Source: Vezdaea acicularis
Taxonomy: Eukaryota
NCBI GenBank assembly: GCA_026025075.1
Contig: JAPEUI010000009.1
Coordinates: 186,001-250,000 of the forward strand
DNA length: 64,000 bases
Direction of reading: 5' to 3'
The position numbers were made by a program, and so were the translations under genes. Position 1 is the first letter of the stretch; each line of letters starts with the position of its first letter. Positions 49,473-62,600 of this stretch are shown here, piece after piece. The notes under the pieces are model-generated. The model saw nothing but the letters and a program-made list of their open reading frames with translations, did no database searches and was not told the DNA's origin.

Positions 49473-50871
49473 TGGAGTTTGAGAAGGCGGATAGGGCACG
49501 ATGGGGACGAGGGTCGTCCGGCCGGGCACACATATACTATTGGCGGTAGCTTTTGTTTTGCCTTGATTTATCGCTCCCAGCTTCTTCAGCTTCGACGGCC
49601 TTCAATGAGCTATAGTAAGTCTAATTGCTATCTTCGTGCCAATATGGCGAAATAATCTTCTTTGATGCTTTCCGTGGTCGCACCTTCTCAACTCTACTGC
49701 CCTTCGGGCCCTCGGGTCCTGGCTCCCCCTTAAGTGCCCATCAAGGTACTCCCATCTTTGCTGTGCCGAGAGACAATTGCACGTGATCCTTCGTCTCCTT
49801 AACTCAATCTATACAGCAAACTAATAGAAACCCCATTAAAGGACAAATTTGTCGCCCTCACGTCAATCCTCCCATCGTCTGTAAATATGAAGGTCCGAGC
49901 GTTGCACCCACATCTCCGTTCTTCGAATCATCCAGTCCTCGCGAGCCCTCCCCACGGCCGCACCAGGCGATCCCCCACGAGCCCACCCAGCCCAGATAGG
50001 CAAAGCCGCCGCCGTGTGCCAAGACGAGGGGTCGGCTGGATGGCTGGACATCTCCCCCCCATGTGATCCCACGCTGCACGCCCCTCCCACGTTAACTCCC
50101 CGGTTCTCACGTCCAGTCTCGTCGGCGAAATAGGCGAATGCACACAATGGAGGGGGAATGGCGAAAAAACTACGTGCCTCACTTCTGTTGGGCGAGACCC
50201 TCCTCCAACGACTAGGAAACGCCGAAATGTCTACATGTGGTCCTGTGGAAGGCGACGGCGGCGGCGAATCCGTTTCACACGCTCTGATTCCCTGGTAACG
50301 CGGATGCAGTCCGTGGGCACCGTCGCTGTTGATTGGCGCGTAGGCTCTCAACCTATGAAAAGTGCATGCGAGAGCGGAGACGAAGCTTCGACGGCGTGCG
50401 GCTGTCCATGGCAGACATGAATTGGCCAATCGTGCTACAGAGTCTGCAGTGGGGGGGTGCGTGAAGAACTAGTCGTACATAAGGAGACGTACTCGCTCCT
50501 CTGCTTTTATCTTTTTCTTCACGAATCCAACAGGTTGGGTTGTTGCAGTCACTTTCCATTGAATATTGTGGATTGGCTGTGTGGATGGCGTAGTGGCCTT
50601 GGCGAAGCGTTTTAGAGCTTGAAACCGGTAGACTTTGCTGTTGCATGGGGTTTTTGGTCTTCAAGCATCGTCCTGTTCCCTATCGACCTGCCATCACGAA
50701 GCAAGCCAGTCATCCATCACGCAGACTCGACCTTCACAACAACAACACAGTATTCGCTCTAGTGTGAACAACACCCTGCACACGTGTAGAGACTACGCTT
50801 CCTGCCCGCTACTCCAGCACTTCGCTATATACCCCCAAAATTACCCGCCTTAGCCAGGGCATGCATACTCA

Positions 50872-51894
50872 ATGGATCGCCCGTCTGACCAAACTAGCCG
50901 CGCCGCCCCTCATTTCCAATGGGGCCCGCGAGACATATCTTTCGAAGATGAAGTGAAGGCCAAGAGGGCGGCCATGGGCACGAGGCGCTCGAGACCCGCA
51001 AGACGAGATCATCCTGGATCTGGACACCAAAAGAGAGCTTTGTCGTGGAGCGAGGGATCAACCAAAACCCCACGATGGACCGCTGAGATGGAAGAGAGAC
51101 TGCGAGAAGTGCGAGCCTTGGCGTGGAAAGCCCAGAAGAAGTGGTCCGCAGACCAGGAGATATACGTCCAAGAGGTATCCATCCATCCCTTAGACAGTCC
51201 CCCCTCCCTCACAGGAAACCCCCACTAAAATACCATCCGTCTTCTATAGGTCGAGAAACTGGAAGACATGAAAGAAGAATACAAGAAATTCGTCAAGCGG
51301 CGCAAGAAGGACCTGAAGAAAGAAGGCCCGCGCTACCGCAGCAACATCTCCAGCCGCGCCAACACCGACGACGAAACCGACCACGACGGCCAGCCCCTGA
51401 AGCTCGGCAGCATCCTGCTCCGCCGCGTCAGCACGGCCACCAGCCGCAACGAGACGGAGAATGAGAGTCAGTCCGATTTCCGCACCAGATCGAGCTTCAG
51501 CACGAATGTCTCCCGGAACGTGTCCACCGGCGTTAGCAGCGCGGACGAGGATGATGAAGATGAGGATGAAGTGAGTTTGCACGTCTCTGTTCGAGAAACA
51601 CCATGCAAGTGTACTGACTGGCCACATCAGCAACCTGCGAACCCCGTTGGGCTCGCCTCGAAAGTTCTTCGCCGCGTCATGACCCCTTTGACATCCGATA
51701 GCGAGAAGTCTCAGCCGGTGAGTATCCCAGATGAAGTAGTTTGCGTAGCGAAAAAGAGAGCTGACAGACTCTAGCAGAAGCCAAAGGAGAAGGAAAAGAC
51801 CAAGGGACTGCGCGGCTTTCTCCGTCGGAAGAGCACCTCTGCCGCCTTAGATATCAAGAAACAGGACGAAAAGAAAGAGAGCGTCATCGCCTGA
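50872..51894 (+). CDS. Hypothetical charged/low-complexity protein; exons 50872-51174, 51250-51570, 51631-51717, 51775-51894
   Basis: Three GT..CT(A/G)AN..AG introns keep the frame open. WKAQKKWSADQE coiled segment and GC-rich third codon positions. Confidence 0.7.
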
Positions 51895-52210
51895 CAGGAG
51901 ATCAGTGCCCACACGTGCAACGCGGGAGACGCTTAGACTGTGAAGGTGAGATCGGTCCCCAGATAGCCCATCGACGTTCAATAAGCGACGACGTCCTGGA
52001 ACTGGCTGACACTCATCTCTAAACAGAACGGGAACCCTCTTCACAGTAACCCCCTCAAACGCCTCGAGGCGGATTCAAACTATACATTACGCGTAAATCA
52101 AGGGAAAAAAAGCGGGCTCACCTAGACTGTAGTGTGAAAAGGCTAGAATATAATTTGTCATTTTAATTAGTCACTCAAGCCCCGTAAACTTTTCTTTTTT
52201 GTAAAATCAT

Positions 52211-53123
52211 TCACGTAAACACCAATCTCGACGCCGTGAGACTACTCAACAGATCCGTGACGAACTCGCTCTTCCCCTCCCTGACGAACGCATTAAACTC
52301 CTGATCCCCCTGCAATTCCTCAAGGTGGTTCACGGCCTGCAACACCACCACATCCCTCAGCTTCTGCCTTGTCTGCTGCCCCTTCTTCCCGCCACGACCG
52401 CCTTGCAAGGCGTACACATCCCGTATCAAGCTCACGAGCATCTGCGTGCGGTTCTCCTGCGGCTCGATCTCCGCCGTCTTGAGCGCCGCCCGGAGTTTCT
52501 GTAAAGCGAAGGCTTGGAGGGTGGGATAGTCGTATTGCTCGGCGAGGAGGTAGAGTTTGGCGTGGATGATGAAGGTTGCGGCTGACGACGACGCGCTCGT
52601 GGGGGCTGCTCCTGACGAGGGGGTGCGGTTGGATGAGGAGAGATGCGTCACGGTGGGTAAGTTGTGCTTGTTGTCGGTTTTCGAGGGCGGCGTCTCCCGC
52701 TGCACGGAAGTGTGGATGGCGGGGAGTTTTCCCCATACCCCCAGCCCTGACGTCCGCGATGCGAGGACCATCGGATGGGGTTCTATGACCTCCTGCTCAG
52801 CTGCAATATCTGGTATTCGCGCAATTGGCGTCTCGGGCACTGCAGCGGCGGCGGAAGCCGGGTGGTAGTCGCCGGTGTATATGTACTCGAGCAAGTATCC
52901 AATGCTCTCGGCGTCTCCGTCGATCTCTACATAGCTTGCTCGAGCCGGCAGTTGGAGCGAGGACAGCGCGTGATGGAGAAGGGCGCGGTGCGCGGTATAC
53001 TCGACGTTGCTGGCGTCTGTGGGGATGAGACGGATGGTGGGTGAGCGGAGGTAGCTGGGTCATCGTACGTATCAGCGCAGTAGGTGATTGGACTTCAGAA
53101 TTGGCTTACCTGGCTAGAGACAT
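52211..53123 (-). CDS. BTB/POZ-domain protein; exons 53123-53110, 53054-52211
   Basis: YLRSPTIRL...YTAHRALL...LLEYIYTGDY and HAKLYLLAEQYDYPTLQAFALQKL, a typical fungal BTB layout. The first exon is 14 nt. Confidence 0.85.
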
Positions 53124-54721
53124 CCTTGATGGGCTTTCCTATTGCGCAAACGGGAGATATGGCGCTGAGCAAATTCGCGCGCGCACAACGTAGAGAAGGT
53201 TTAGAAAAATATACCGAAGAGAACTCGCCTCCTCCGCAGTCGGAAGTGCACTACATTGTTTTAGCTGGGTTGGCCAGTCCCATTATTCCCTCTGTGATTG
53301 TTCTTAGTTCGAGGTGGCTGCGTATGGAGCAATTGCGACACCGCACGTGATCTTGGAGGTTGGTTTTGGTTTTATGGGGGTTTTGCCCAAGGCGGTTTCT
53401 CTATTGGCCTAAGAGCAAAGTGGACATCTAATGCTCTTGGGTATTGGCCAGATGCCGTAGTTGGAGCTCACGATATACAATTTGGCTGCGATGACCCTGC
53501 GTTGAAGAGGCAGCACGTGATCTGCTGGAGGTGAGATAGTGGGGTACCGCTGGGGTAATAGATCTCGTTATTCAATGATATATAGAGATCTACTGACACC
53601 CACGATGTATCTATCTGTCTTCGGTGTCTCTTGCTTCCGTCCTACGTGACGCCTGCGTCTATCCTGACTCAAGCCCAGTATGTCGTCCGCTCAAAGCACC
53701 ATCCCGGTCCTCCCATGCCAAAAAGCTCTTATGTCTTTCAAAAACAAGATGGCCTAGACGAAGGCCAAGCTTAAGCCAGCGCCAGAGGTCCCCCATGCTG
53801 TCATATAGAATCTGGGGGAAAAGCTCATAGATTGTTCTCCGCAACAGAGAAAAATTGCGGACAGAAACAAAATCTCCCATTGGCCATCGTAGGCGATATT
53901 CGGTAATGCCAAGCTTTATTTCCAGCGAGGCGAGTGGACGCGAGTGGCGCTCGCTCGGCTTCTTATCGGACGAACGGCACGCAGCGACAGTGGCCAAGGC
54001 AACGGCTCGGCCGAATGCGGCAGGGGACCCTGACTGTTGAGCCACGCCTGCCACTGCTTCACTCGGACGCACCCCGGTCGTGCCTGCTCGAAGCCGGTTT
54101 TGCGTGCCTCATCTGTTCTTGCCGTCCAGCCTATCGGGCAGGCATGAGCTGGGACCGCCAATGGGCGTGCCTTCTTGACATCCCCAGCCAGAAAAAAATA
54201 GTTGCGGATGGTCCAGAGGGAGATTCGTGCACGCGAAACGTGTTTTCTATTGCCTCCTCCGACTCCTCCTTGTCACTGGTGATCGTGAGATATCTCTCAA
54301 TTGCTTCCAACGCAATTTCATCTCCTTCGTTGGCCGTCATATCGCCAACTTTCGCTCGCTCTGCCGCTTATCGTGGCCTTCGCGCTTCCGCCAAAAACCT
54401 GAAACGGGCATCTGCTACTTTGGCACCACGCGCGGATCGCTCCTGCCCTCTCCCTTGCGGCAGACCGACCTGTTTTCCATCCTTTCGAGCCGCCGTTGGG
54501 GTCTTCCGTCTCCAACGTCCCATCATTAAACGTGGATGTCACTTTTCTGATAACGTCTCAACAGCCATAAACAAAGCTCGGCGTCGCTCGTTTCGCCGAC
54601 CTGCTCGTGTCTTAATTAATACCAATCGACACTCCGGACCGAGTGCTCACCCCATTAATACTTAATAAACAGCTCGTTGGGGGGTTCGCGCTGCACGTCG
54701 GCGCTCTCAACAGCAACAGTC

Positions 54722-56221
54722 ATGCAGCTCTTCACTGTCTTGGCCATCGTGGCTGCAATCGCCGTATCTTCGGTTGACGCCATCTCCCAAATCTCGATCA
54801 AAGGCTCCAAGTTCTTCACCTCGGACGGAAAACAGTTCTTCATCAAAGGTACCATCCTAGGAGGCTCTATAGGACTTGTACAAGGCTAATTGGTGTTGCA
54901 ATCAATAGGTGTCGCCTATCAATTGGTCTCAACCGATCCTCTGCTCAACCAGACGCAATGCGCTCTCGATGCGAGTTTGATGTCCGACCTAGGTGCCAAC
55001 ACGATCCGAGTATATCATGTCGATCCCAACGGAGACCATTCAGGTTGCATGAAAGCGTTTGCCGACAAGGGAATCTACCTTTTCGTCGATCTCGATGATT
55101 TCCCCACCCAGATCTCGCCGGTGAGTCGGTTGGAAAGGAGCATATGATATGCAACGACAGTGCTGACGAACGCCACAGAGTACTCCATCTTGGAACCAGA
55201 CTCAATTGAGTGCCTTCGAGAAAGTCCTGGACGAGTTTGTCAAGTTTGATAACACGGCTGGCGTGTTTGTGGGCAATGAAGTTATCACGACTGGTACGGC
55301 AGGGAGTCTTCTTCGTGTGTAAGACCTCTAGCTGACTTTTTCCCACAGCAAATGGGTCTTTTGCCGCACCGTACATCAAGGCTGCGGCGCGGGATATCAA
55401 GGCTTACAGAAACTCGAAGAAATACCGAAATATCCCAATTGGGTACTCTGCTGGTGAGCCCCTCTTGCTCTAAAAGGGATACTCGATGGGAGATGGCTCG
55501 AAGCTAACCATATATCATAGCTGATATTGCGGAGCTTCGCCCGATGCTTCAAGACTACCTTGCTTGCGGCACCAATGCCTCTGAAAGCGTCGACTTCTTC
55601 GCTTTGAACGCATACGAGTGGTGCGGCCAGTCAGGCTACAAGCTCTCGGGTTATGAAGCACTCACGACAAACGTGACTAACTACGACATCCCCATCTTCT
55701 TCTCCGAGACGGGGTGCAACACCGTCCCACCGCGAACCTTCGCAGACCAAGCTTCTATCTTTGGCCCGGATATGTCACCGTATTGGTCTGGTGCCATTAT
55801 CTACGAGTGGATCGAGGAGCAAAACAATTATGGTCTCGTCAGCTATGGTGCAAAGGTAGACCCAACGAAGAACCAAGACGCGTTGGATGGGTTCCCCCGC
55901 TCCGGCACCCCGACACCTATCTCTCCCGACTTTAGCAACTTGAAGAGCCAGTGGGCATCTGCGACTCCGTCGAGCGTCATGCAGGCGGCTTATAACCCCT
56001 CCAACCCCCCTCCTCCTTGTCCAGCAGCCACCTCGGGAGGCTGGGATCTCAACCCTGCCATAGCTCTGCCTACGGTGGGGCAGACCTATGGGCAGAGCCC
56101 GAGTGCCTCGGCAACCGGCGCGTCGGCGACGAAGAAGGGCTCCGCGTCTGGCGGAAAGGAAGTGGCGGGCATGGGCGTCGGTCTGGTCGGAGTCATGCTC
56201 GGCTTCGTCTGGTGGTTGTGA
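54722..56221 (+). CDS. GH72 1,3-beta-glucanosyltransferase (Gel/Gas family, no obvious X8 module), probably GPI-anchored; exons 54722-54848, 54909-55120, 55179-55293, 55349-55453, 55521-56221
   Basis: Signal peptide, FFIKGVAYQ, NTIRVY, FVGNEV and FFSETGC (catalytic Glu residues), and a C-terminal hydrophobic GPI signal. Confidence 0.95.
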
Positions 56222-56534
56222 AGGTGATGATAATGATGCGAAGGTAATGGTCGTACATGTGTGTGAGTTGTAGATACGCTGGACGCTGAAAGAGGGGACG
56301 GGTCACAAGTACATATATATCGGCAACGACAGGTTGTCTTTTTGCTCGGTTCTCACCTGCATCTGGGCATGATTCATGAGAGGCATGGGCGAGCGACAGC
56401 GTTCTATTCATGTCTTTGGCATTGTACATAATTTTAAAAGGACTGGTTAGACCCAAGATAGCATTCCTCTGTCCGTAGACGTTTCCAGCGCGAAGACAAC
56501 AATATGCTCCTGAACAGAATCGCGTGCCGCCCCA

Positions 56535-57658
56535 CTACTCCTCCTCGCTCTCCTCCTCCGCCGCCTTCCGCCTCTCCTCCTCGGTCGCTTTCAGCCGCTC
56601 CTCCTCCTGCCGCTGCTTCTCCATCTCGAGCTCCAGCTCCGCCTCCAGGTCTTCTTCCGAGATATCCTCATCCATGATCGTGTCCGGCTTGAGATGAGCC
56701 TCCGGGACTTTCTCTTCCTGAGCGACTGGTACCGCGGCCGGTTCTTTGACGAGACGTGGCCTACGCACTGGTTTCTTAGGTTGCTTCGGCTCTGCCCTGC
56801 GGAGGGTGTGCTCGACTGGGACGTCGTCTCGTGTGGTCCTTGCTCGGCCTCTTGCTGGCTCGGGCTCACCCTCTGCTTCCATCTCGATGTCCAGACTGTT
56901 GAGTGGTTCGGGGTCTGGAGTGAATTTGCGGGCGTTTCCGAGCTCGGGCTCCATCTCGATGACGAGGTCGCCGTTACCCACGACTTCTGGGGACTCCTCC
57001 TCGCGCTCTTCACGTGCTTTCTTCTTCTTGCGTTCGAGCTTCGGCTGCTCCCTGCCTTTCGGCTTCATGTCGATTCCTAGTCCTCGCTGAGGCTCGATGG
57101 TCAAGACGTCATTGTCGAGCTCGTCGTCTGCGAGATCGAGCCGAGGCGTTCTCGGCGCTTTCTTGTTATCGAGAAAGTTTCGATAGTCGTAGGGGTTGTT
57201 CTCGTCGCTTTCGTCGCCGTCGTCGGCGTTGAGCTGCGGGTATTGCGAGCGTAGCTCTTTCGCGTTCTTCTCCCATGGTGCCGACGTCAGGTTGAATTCC
57301 ATCTCCGACCCTACTTTCTCAAGGATGAAGGCACCTCGCTCCGGGTCGAAGATGAGAGTATGGCCGCCGTGGGTGCGGCGTCCGGCATATGTGTAGCTTG
57401 TGTCGGCGTCGTCTTCGAGGGTGAGCTTGTAGCTGTTTGCGCTTTGAGTGATGGTTGCCTGTCGGGAGGTGGTGGTTTGCGAGGGCTTGTGGTTATCTAT
57501 CATCATTAGTCCCAGTCACAAATGGTGGGGTTTTCCATCGACTTACATTTGATCCCCATACAGATCCGCTTTCGACTATCGTACGAGGTGATGCTGTCTC
57601 CCAGATAAACCGGGTATTTCGCCGTTCTTGACGGCTCTATCGACTGGACGGTAGCCAT
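56535..57658 (-). CDS. ELL-associated factor (EAF) N-terminal domain protein; exons 57658-57547, 57496-56535
   Basis: KYPVYLGDS...IKYNHKP...YTYAG...LIFDPERGAFILEK and an acidic EESEEE tail. Confidence 0.85.
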
Positions 57659-58125
57659 GGTTGGAAGCTCAGGACTGTAACAAAATCGACTGACGAGTAT
57701 GTAGGAATGATTCGAATATGTGCGGGAAAGAAGTGTCCTATTGAGCGGTGGAAAGATGTGAATGTGGCTGGGGACCGTTTCAACGAATGGAGCGAGAGAT
57801 CCTAGCTTGCGGCTACTCCCGGGTGGTGCGTGGGCAGATCGACGCGGACCCCGCAATTCTCTGCAGCTGAAATATCTTGCGCGTGGAAAATTCAAACGTG
57901 GTTTGCTATTCAGCTTGAACAGCAAAGCGTTACAATGGGACTGTCGCTTGTGTGATTGTCACAATAAGAAAGGAGACTGTTGAAGAGGGTCGTCCGCGCC
58001 GAATATCTATTGTGGCAGAGTCAGACACGAACACGGAGAACAATGCAGGGCGTGGGATGCGGTAAGGCTCGCGCCCGGACTGGCCCTACGCCGCCGAGTT
58101 TTGACCAGCCGGACAAGGGGCCCCG

Positions 58126-59310
58126 TCATCTACCGCTTGCTAACAACTCTAATTTTCCGGCCAGCACCCGGTGCTTCTTCATCACCTCCACCCAATCATC
58201 GTCCAGACCGGCCAACACCATGCTGAAATCTCCTCCTAACCGTCCCAGGCTCCCTGCGCAGTACAACACCTGCGTCAATAAACTCTCTCTTGAGCTCCTG
58301 ACGCGGACGTGCGGGAGATATTGCCTCAACGTCTCCGTCAGCAGGCCTACGAGGTGAAGAGGGAAGGTTGACAGCGGAGAAGGGAGGTCCTTGTTCCGGC
58401 TGTCTTCGGGAAAGATGCTCTTGAACATTGAAATAATGGCAAAGCTTTGTTCGCGAAAGATCTCGATATATCGTTTCAGGTAGCGTTCGCTTTGTTGGCC
58501 CGTATTCGCCGTGCTCTCATCGCGCGTCGCCTGGTCTGCCAGCTCCCTCAAAGGATCTAGAGCCTCCAGCATCAAGACTAGATTCGCAAGCCGGCAGACC
58601 AAGAACAAAGCGTCCAGATCCACGTCGGGCGCGATCCGTTTCAACCACCCGATCGTGCGTAGGCCGCTGGCAAGCTTGATGCCCGACACCCTCAGGCCCA
58701 TGATGAGATTCGTCGTCATGCCCCGCATCGCTTCCTCCGCCTGCCCCAGCACATCTGAGATGAGGTTGGAGTTGGGATATAACGTATGTAGCCGTTTGAT
58801 GTGTGCATGAAGATCAAGGGCCGACGCATAGTTTGCCTGTGCCGCAACTGGCGAGATTGCGGACGACAGGAACGTCGGTAGGTCAAGTATATCTGATAGT
58901 CGGTCAACATTCCTGTAAAGGAGCATTGCCTTTGCTCGCCTGCTCAATAACGCGTTCTCGGCCTTTTTCGCATAAGCTTTCGAGAACCGTGTGACTGCTC
59001 TGTCGAGCTTCGGAATCTCATCTTGAAGAGTTGACAGTTCGGTTCCCAGCGTAGGCAGAAGCGTCTTTAGGGTCGAGAGATCATTGGAGGAAGCAATGAT
59101 CGACTTGTGAGATTTGCTCGAGAGAGCCTGTAATGACAACAGAAGAGAGTGAGAAGTGTGCGCTAAAGTCTCCGTCTCCGTCCCCTCCAGTTCTGCCAGC
59201 GAAAGTGTCGATAGCTTCTCCAGGTAGGCAGCGGTTGCACTACCTTGGGGCACACGCTGCTGATCAAGATGTGGGACGAGGAGCTCAAAAAGTGGATCCG
59301 CCATGACCAT
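58126..59310 (-). CDS. COG8: Conserved oligomeric Golgi complex subunit 8 (Dor1-like)
   Basis: LSDILDLPTFL, NYASALDL, YLKRYIEIFRE, LLTQVLYCAGSLGRLGGDF. Confidence 0.92.
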   Translation of the reverse strand: MVMADPLFELLVPHLDQQRVPQGSATAAYLEKLSTLSLAELEGTETETLAHTSHSLLLSLQALSSKSHKSIIASSNDLSTLKTLLPTLGTELSTLQDEIPKLDRAVTRFSKAYAKKAENALLSRRAKAMLLYRNVDRLSDILDLPTFLSSAISPVAAQANYASALDLHAHIKRLHTLYPNSNLISDVLGQAEEAMRGMTTNLIMGLRVSGIKLASGLRTIGWLKRIAPDVDLDALFLVCRLANLVLMLEALDPLRELADQATRDESTANTGQQSERYLKRYIEIFREQSFAIISMFKSIFPEDSRNKDLPSPLSTFPLHLVGLLTETLRQYLPHVRVRSSRESLLTQVLYCAGSLGRLGGDFSMVLAGLDDDWVEVMKKHRVLAGKLELLASGR

Positions 59311-59696
59311 GAAGAGCCAATTGCAAGATCAGTAGACGAAAAAGAGATAATATCAACCCTAAAAAATGAGGCTCACACGCTTAAATAACTTTCCCGCTGT
59401 GGCTGTGTCGGCGCCGCGTCTGCTAAGGGACGCGTGAGATGGGATAGATGTGCCGTGATATTCGCTAGTCCCCTCCATCATCGAACACACCCGCCACATG
59501 CCAGTGTTGCAACCTCGCAGTGAGATTTCTTTAGTATGTGATCAAGGCGCACTGGCGCTCAACTTCTTCTAGACTACGCTCTGTTATCGTCTTTCACTAT
59601 CTCCTGCAAGGAGGCATCTACAACTCTTCACGCATTCTATAATGTCTCGTCAGACTGTATATTACCCATGACTTTGTTCGTATATAGCCTAACGTT

Positions 59697-62600
59697 ATGC
59701 AGCTCTTCACTGAGGATACCTGCACTCTGAAGAGTGACCCTAGCAAAATCGGGATTGTCGAGGTGAGGCCTCCCCAAGAAGCTCGAAAGAAGCGTAGGCT
59801 GATTATGATAGCGAACCTGGCACGATGTATACCTAGCTTTACACACTTCTGGGTATTAGAGGGATACATGGGCTAACGTGAGAAAGGTGGATGAACCGGT
59901 AGATACCGATGTAAATCAAGTCACATTTGAAGACGGCACACCGCCTGAAGCACGGGAGGAGTTCTTCCGCAATGGAGTGGTACGTATATCTTACTCAGCT
60001 GTCAGCTGGAACATATTAAACATCCATTCAATATGACATCAAAGGTCAAAATCAGGGAATTTGGTTTAGCTCATTCCATTTTCTTATAACAGGTCCCCCG
60101 ACACCACGTGATTATCAATTTCCTCGAGAGCTATGGCGCGGCCTTGATCCCCGAGTCTAGCCTCATGCTTGTCGACCGATCTCTATCTTTTGGGGATGTG
60201 GTCAAGCGGAGTGCGAGCGATACGATGAGTGGCACGATCATCAGGACTTGGATCGACTGTGATCTACGATCGGCCTTCAGGCCAGTTGGATCGACGATAG
60301 GTGATGACGGTAGTTCAACATTAAGAAGGATCCCTGGGGAGGAGCTCAAGCTCAGTGAAGAGTATGAAGAGGGAGACTTCATTCTCTACCAAGGCTGGCT
60401 AGGCATGGTAGAGGAGGTATTCCAAGACGTGACTCTCCGGCTCAAAAATGGTTCCATTGTCGTGGTCGATGACCCGTCGCAGCTGACCAGCTGTGATACC
60501 TGCCACATACCTAACCTAGACCACGTCAATACTCGTCGAAGGCGCTCTTCTGATTCCAGTCAGCCTAGATTCTTCAACCCTGGACTGCTTGTTCGAACAA
60601 GCAAGGGCAACGTTCGTCGAGGGAATTGGAAACTCGGCTCATTTGACCCTTTTGCGGACCCATGTGGTTACATCATAGAAGCCAAGACGAAATCGCTAGG
60701 AATGCAATGGCTAGGCTATGAGAAAAAGAGCACAGGTCTTTACGAGACATCGCCCCCCCCACTCACTCTTCGGCTGAGCAGAGCGAACTCTAGTCTCATT
60801 CAAAAGTATGACCGGGGCCGTATGCCGCAATCTTCTTCAAGCACAGACATTCCTCCGGGCACAACGAATGGCTCAAATCTGCAATATGGAGATTTCGTCA
60901 GGTTTCGAGACCTTCGTGGTGCAGCCGTTAAATATCCCGGGAATACATACTCCTCTGATGGTATTGAACAAGGAAAACTCATAGAGATCCCCGCCGCAAG
61001 ATCAGCTGGGTACGACGTTAATGTCTTTCTAGTTGCAAAGACTAGGACGAAGGTCCAAGTCCTCTGGCAAGATCTCGTCAAAACGACTGAGGACGGCGTA
61101 GATCTCTTGCCGTATCTAAACTGTGACGACCACGATGTGTGGCCTGGGGAGATGGTATCGAGAAAGTTAGACGATAATGCTAATATTAGATCCACCGCGT
61201 ACGGGATCGTTCAGGCTGTCGATTCTACTGAAAGAGTGGCCGAAGTTCGATGGTTTACAAACGTTGGACAAACAACCTTTTTACGCATGGAAGATTCTGG
61301 TCATCATACACTCTGTCCTGGCTTTTCACGTGGAAAATTAGACCCTCAAATATGTCGTCACAGCTTCTATGAGCTTCAGTCATCCCACGGGCTCAGTAAG
61401 AGACGTGGCGACTTTGTGATCATTGAACCCCTGATGCCTCATGATATGCGTCGGGTCATGATACGTAGGCTTTTAGGTCCAATCGATCCGGATAGCGCGA
61501 ACCTATTCGAAAGTCCAGATTTTGTAGATAGAGTTGAACGTCTGGTGGAATTACCGGAGTACTCCATAGAAATCCTTGAGGCCTGTAGTGAATTCAGCAA
61601 GGAAAGTTTATACTCTCGCTTCCAGCAGTATGCTGAACGAAGCTCGAGCTCGGCGATAAAGACATTTGCTTTGTTGATTAAAGAGTCGGTAAGCTTGAAA
61701 CTACCACCCTCCGACAGCCTTACCGCTTCTGACTTGACCGCAACCCAGCTCTCGAGACAGCAGAGACGAGAAGGGGATGTAACTTGGGTAGGAGAGATTG
61801 TCGACTTGGGTTTAGACGGCTCGGTTACTGTCCGACTAGGAGCAGCCGATGAATGTCAAGATGTAAAGTTTCCGATGGGACGGTTGACTGTCATATACAG
61901 CGATGATGACACCACCCAAAGTGATGATGATGACGACGATTACGATGACACGATGGACGATGAGGCTATGGCAGATTATTACGACAACTTACACGACACC
62001 GCTTTCGAGTACGAAGGTGGTAATCGCATTGAGGGCGATGGAGGTGAAGAGATGTGGTCGACAGACGACTCGTGGTCAACTAATGATGACGAGGACGAAG
62101 ACGATGTGGAGGAGAGTGAATTCCAAGCAGGGACGCACCAATCTCTAGCTGATACGATGGTAGGAGATGCTTCAGCACCTATGGCCCATCCCCTTGAAAG
62201 CATCGTAAGCGAAAACAACAACAGCCCTACGGAATCCAACCCACACCCAACGATTCTGCCCCCGAATGCAGTGACTCTCTCTACTGAGGGCATCCTCAAA
62301 TTCGACATTCTCAGCTCCGACCCGCCGGCTGACCACCATTATATCTCTCTCAATAGAGATCTAGATCCGAAGCAGATGCGCCGCATACATAAAGAACATC
62401 AAATCCTCTCTACCTCCCTTCCCGACGGCATATTCGCTCGAACATGGGAATCGAGACTTGATCTGCTCAGAGTTCTCATCATTGGCCCGAAGCACACGCC
62501 GTACGAGTTCGCCCCTTTCATATGTGACTTTCTATTGGGCGCCACATTCCCTAATGATCCTCCTTCTGCCTACTTCCACTCTTGGACAGACGGCATCGGA

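Noticed and set aside
53659..54665. 243-aa and 137-aa ORFs upstream of the GH72 gene
   Set aside because: Non-ATG starts and Arg/Ser/Ala-rich composition typical of GC-rich non-coding DNA.
58954..58970. TTCTCGGCCTTTT resembling the U2 snRNA 5' end
   Set aside because: It lies antisense within the COG8 CDS and no further U2 sequence follows.
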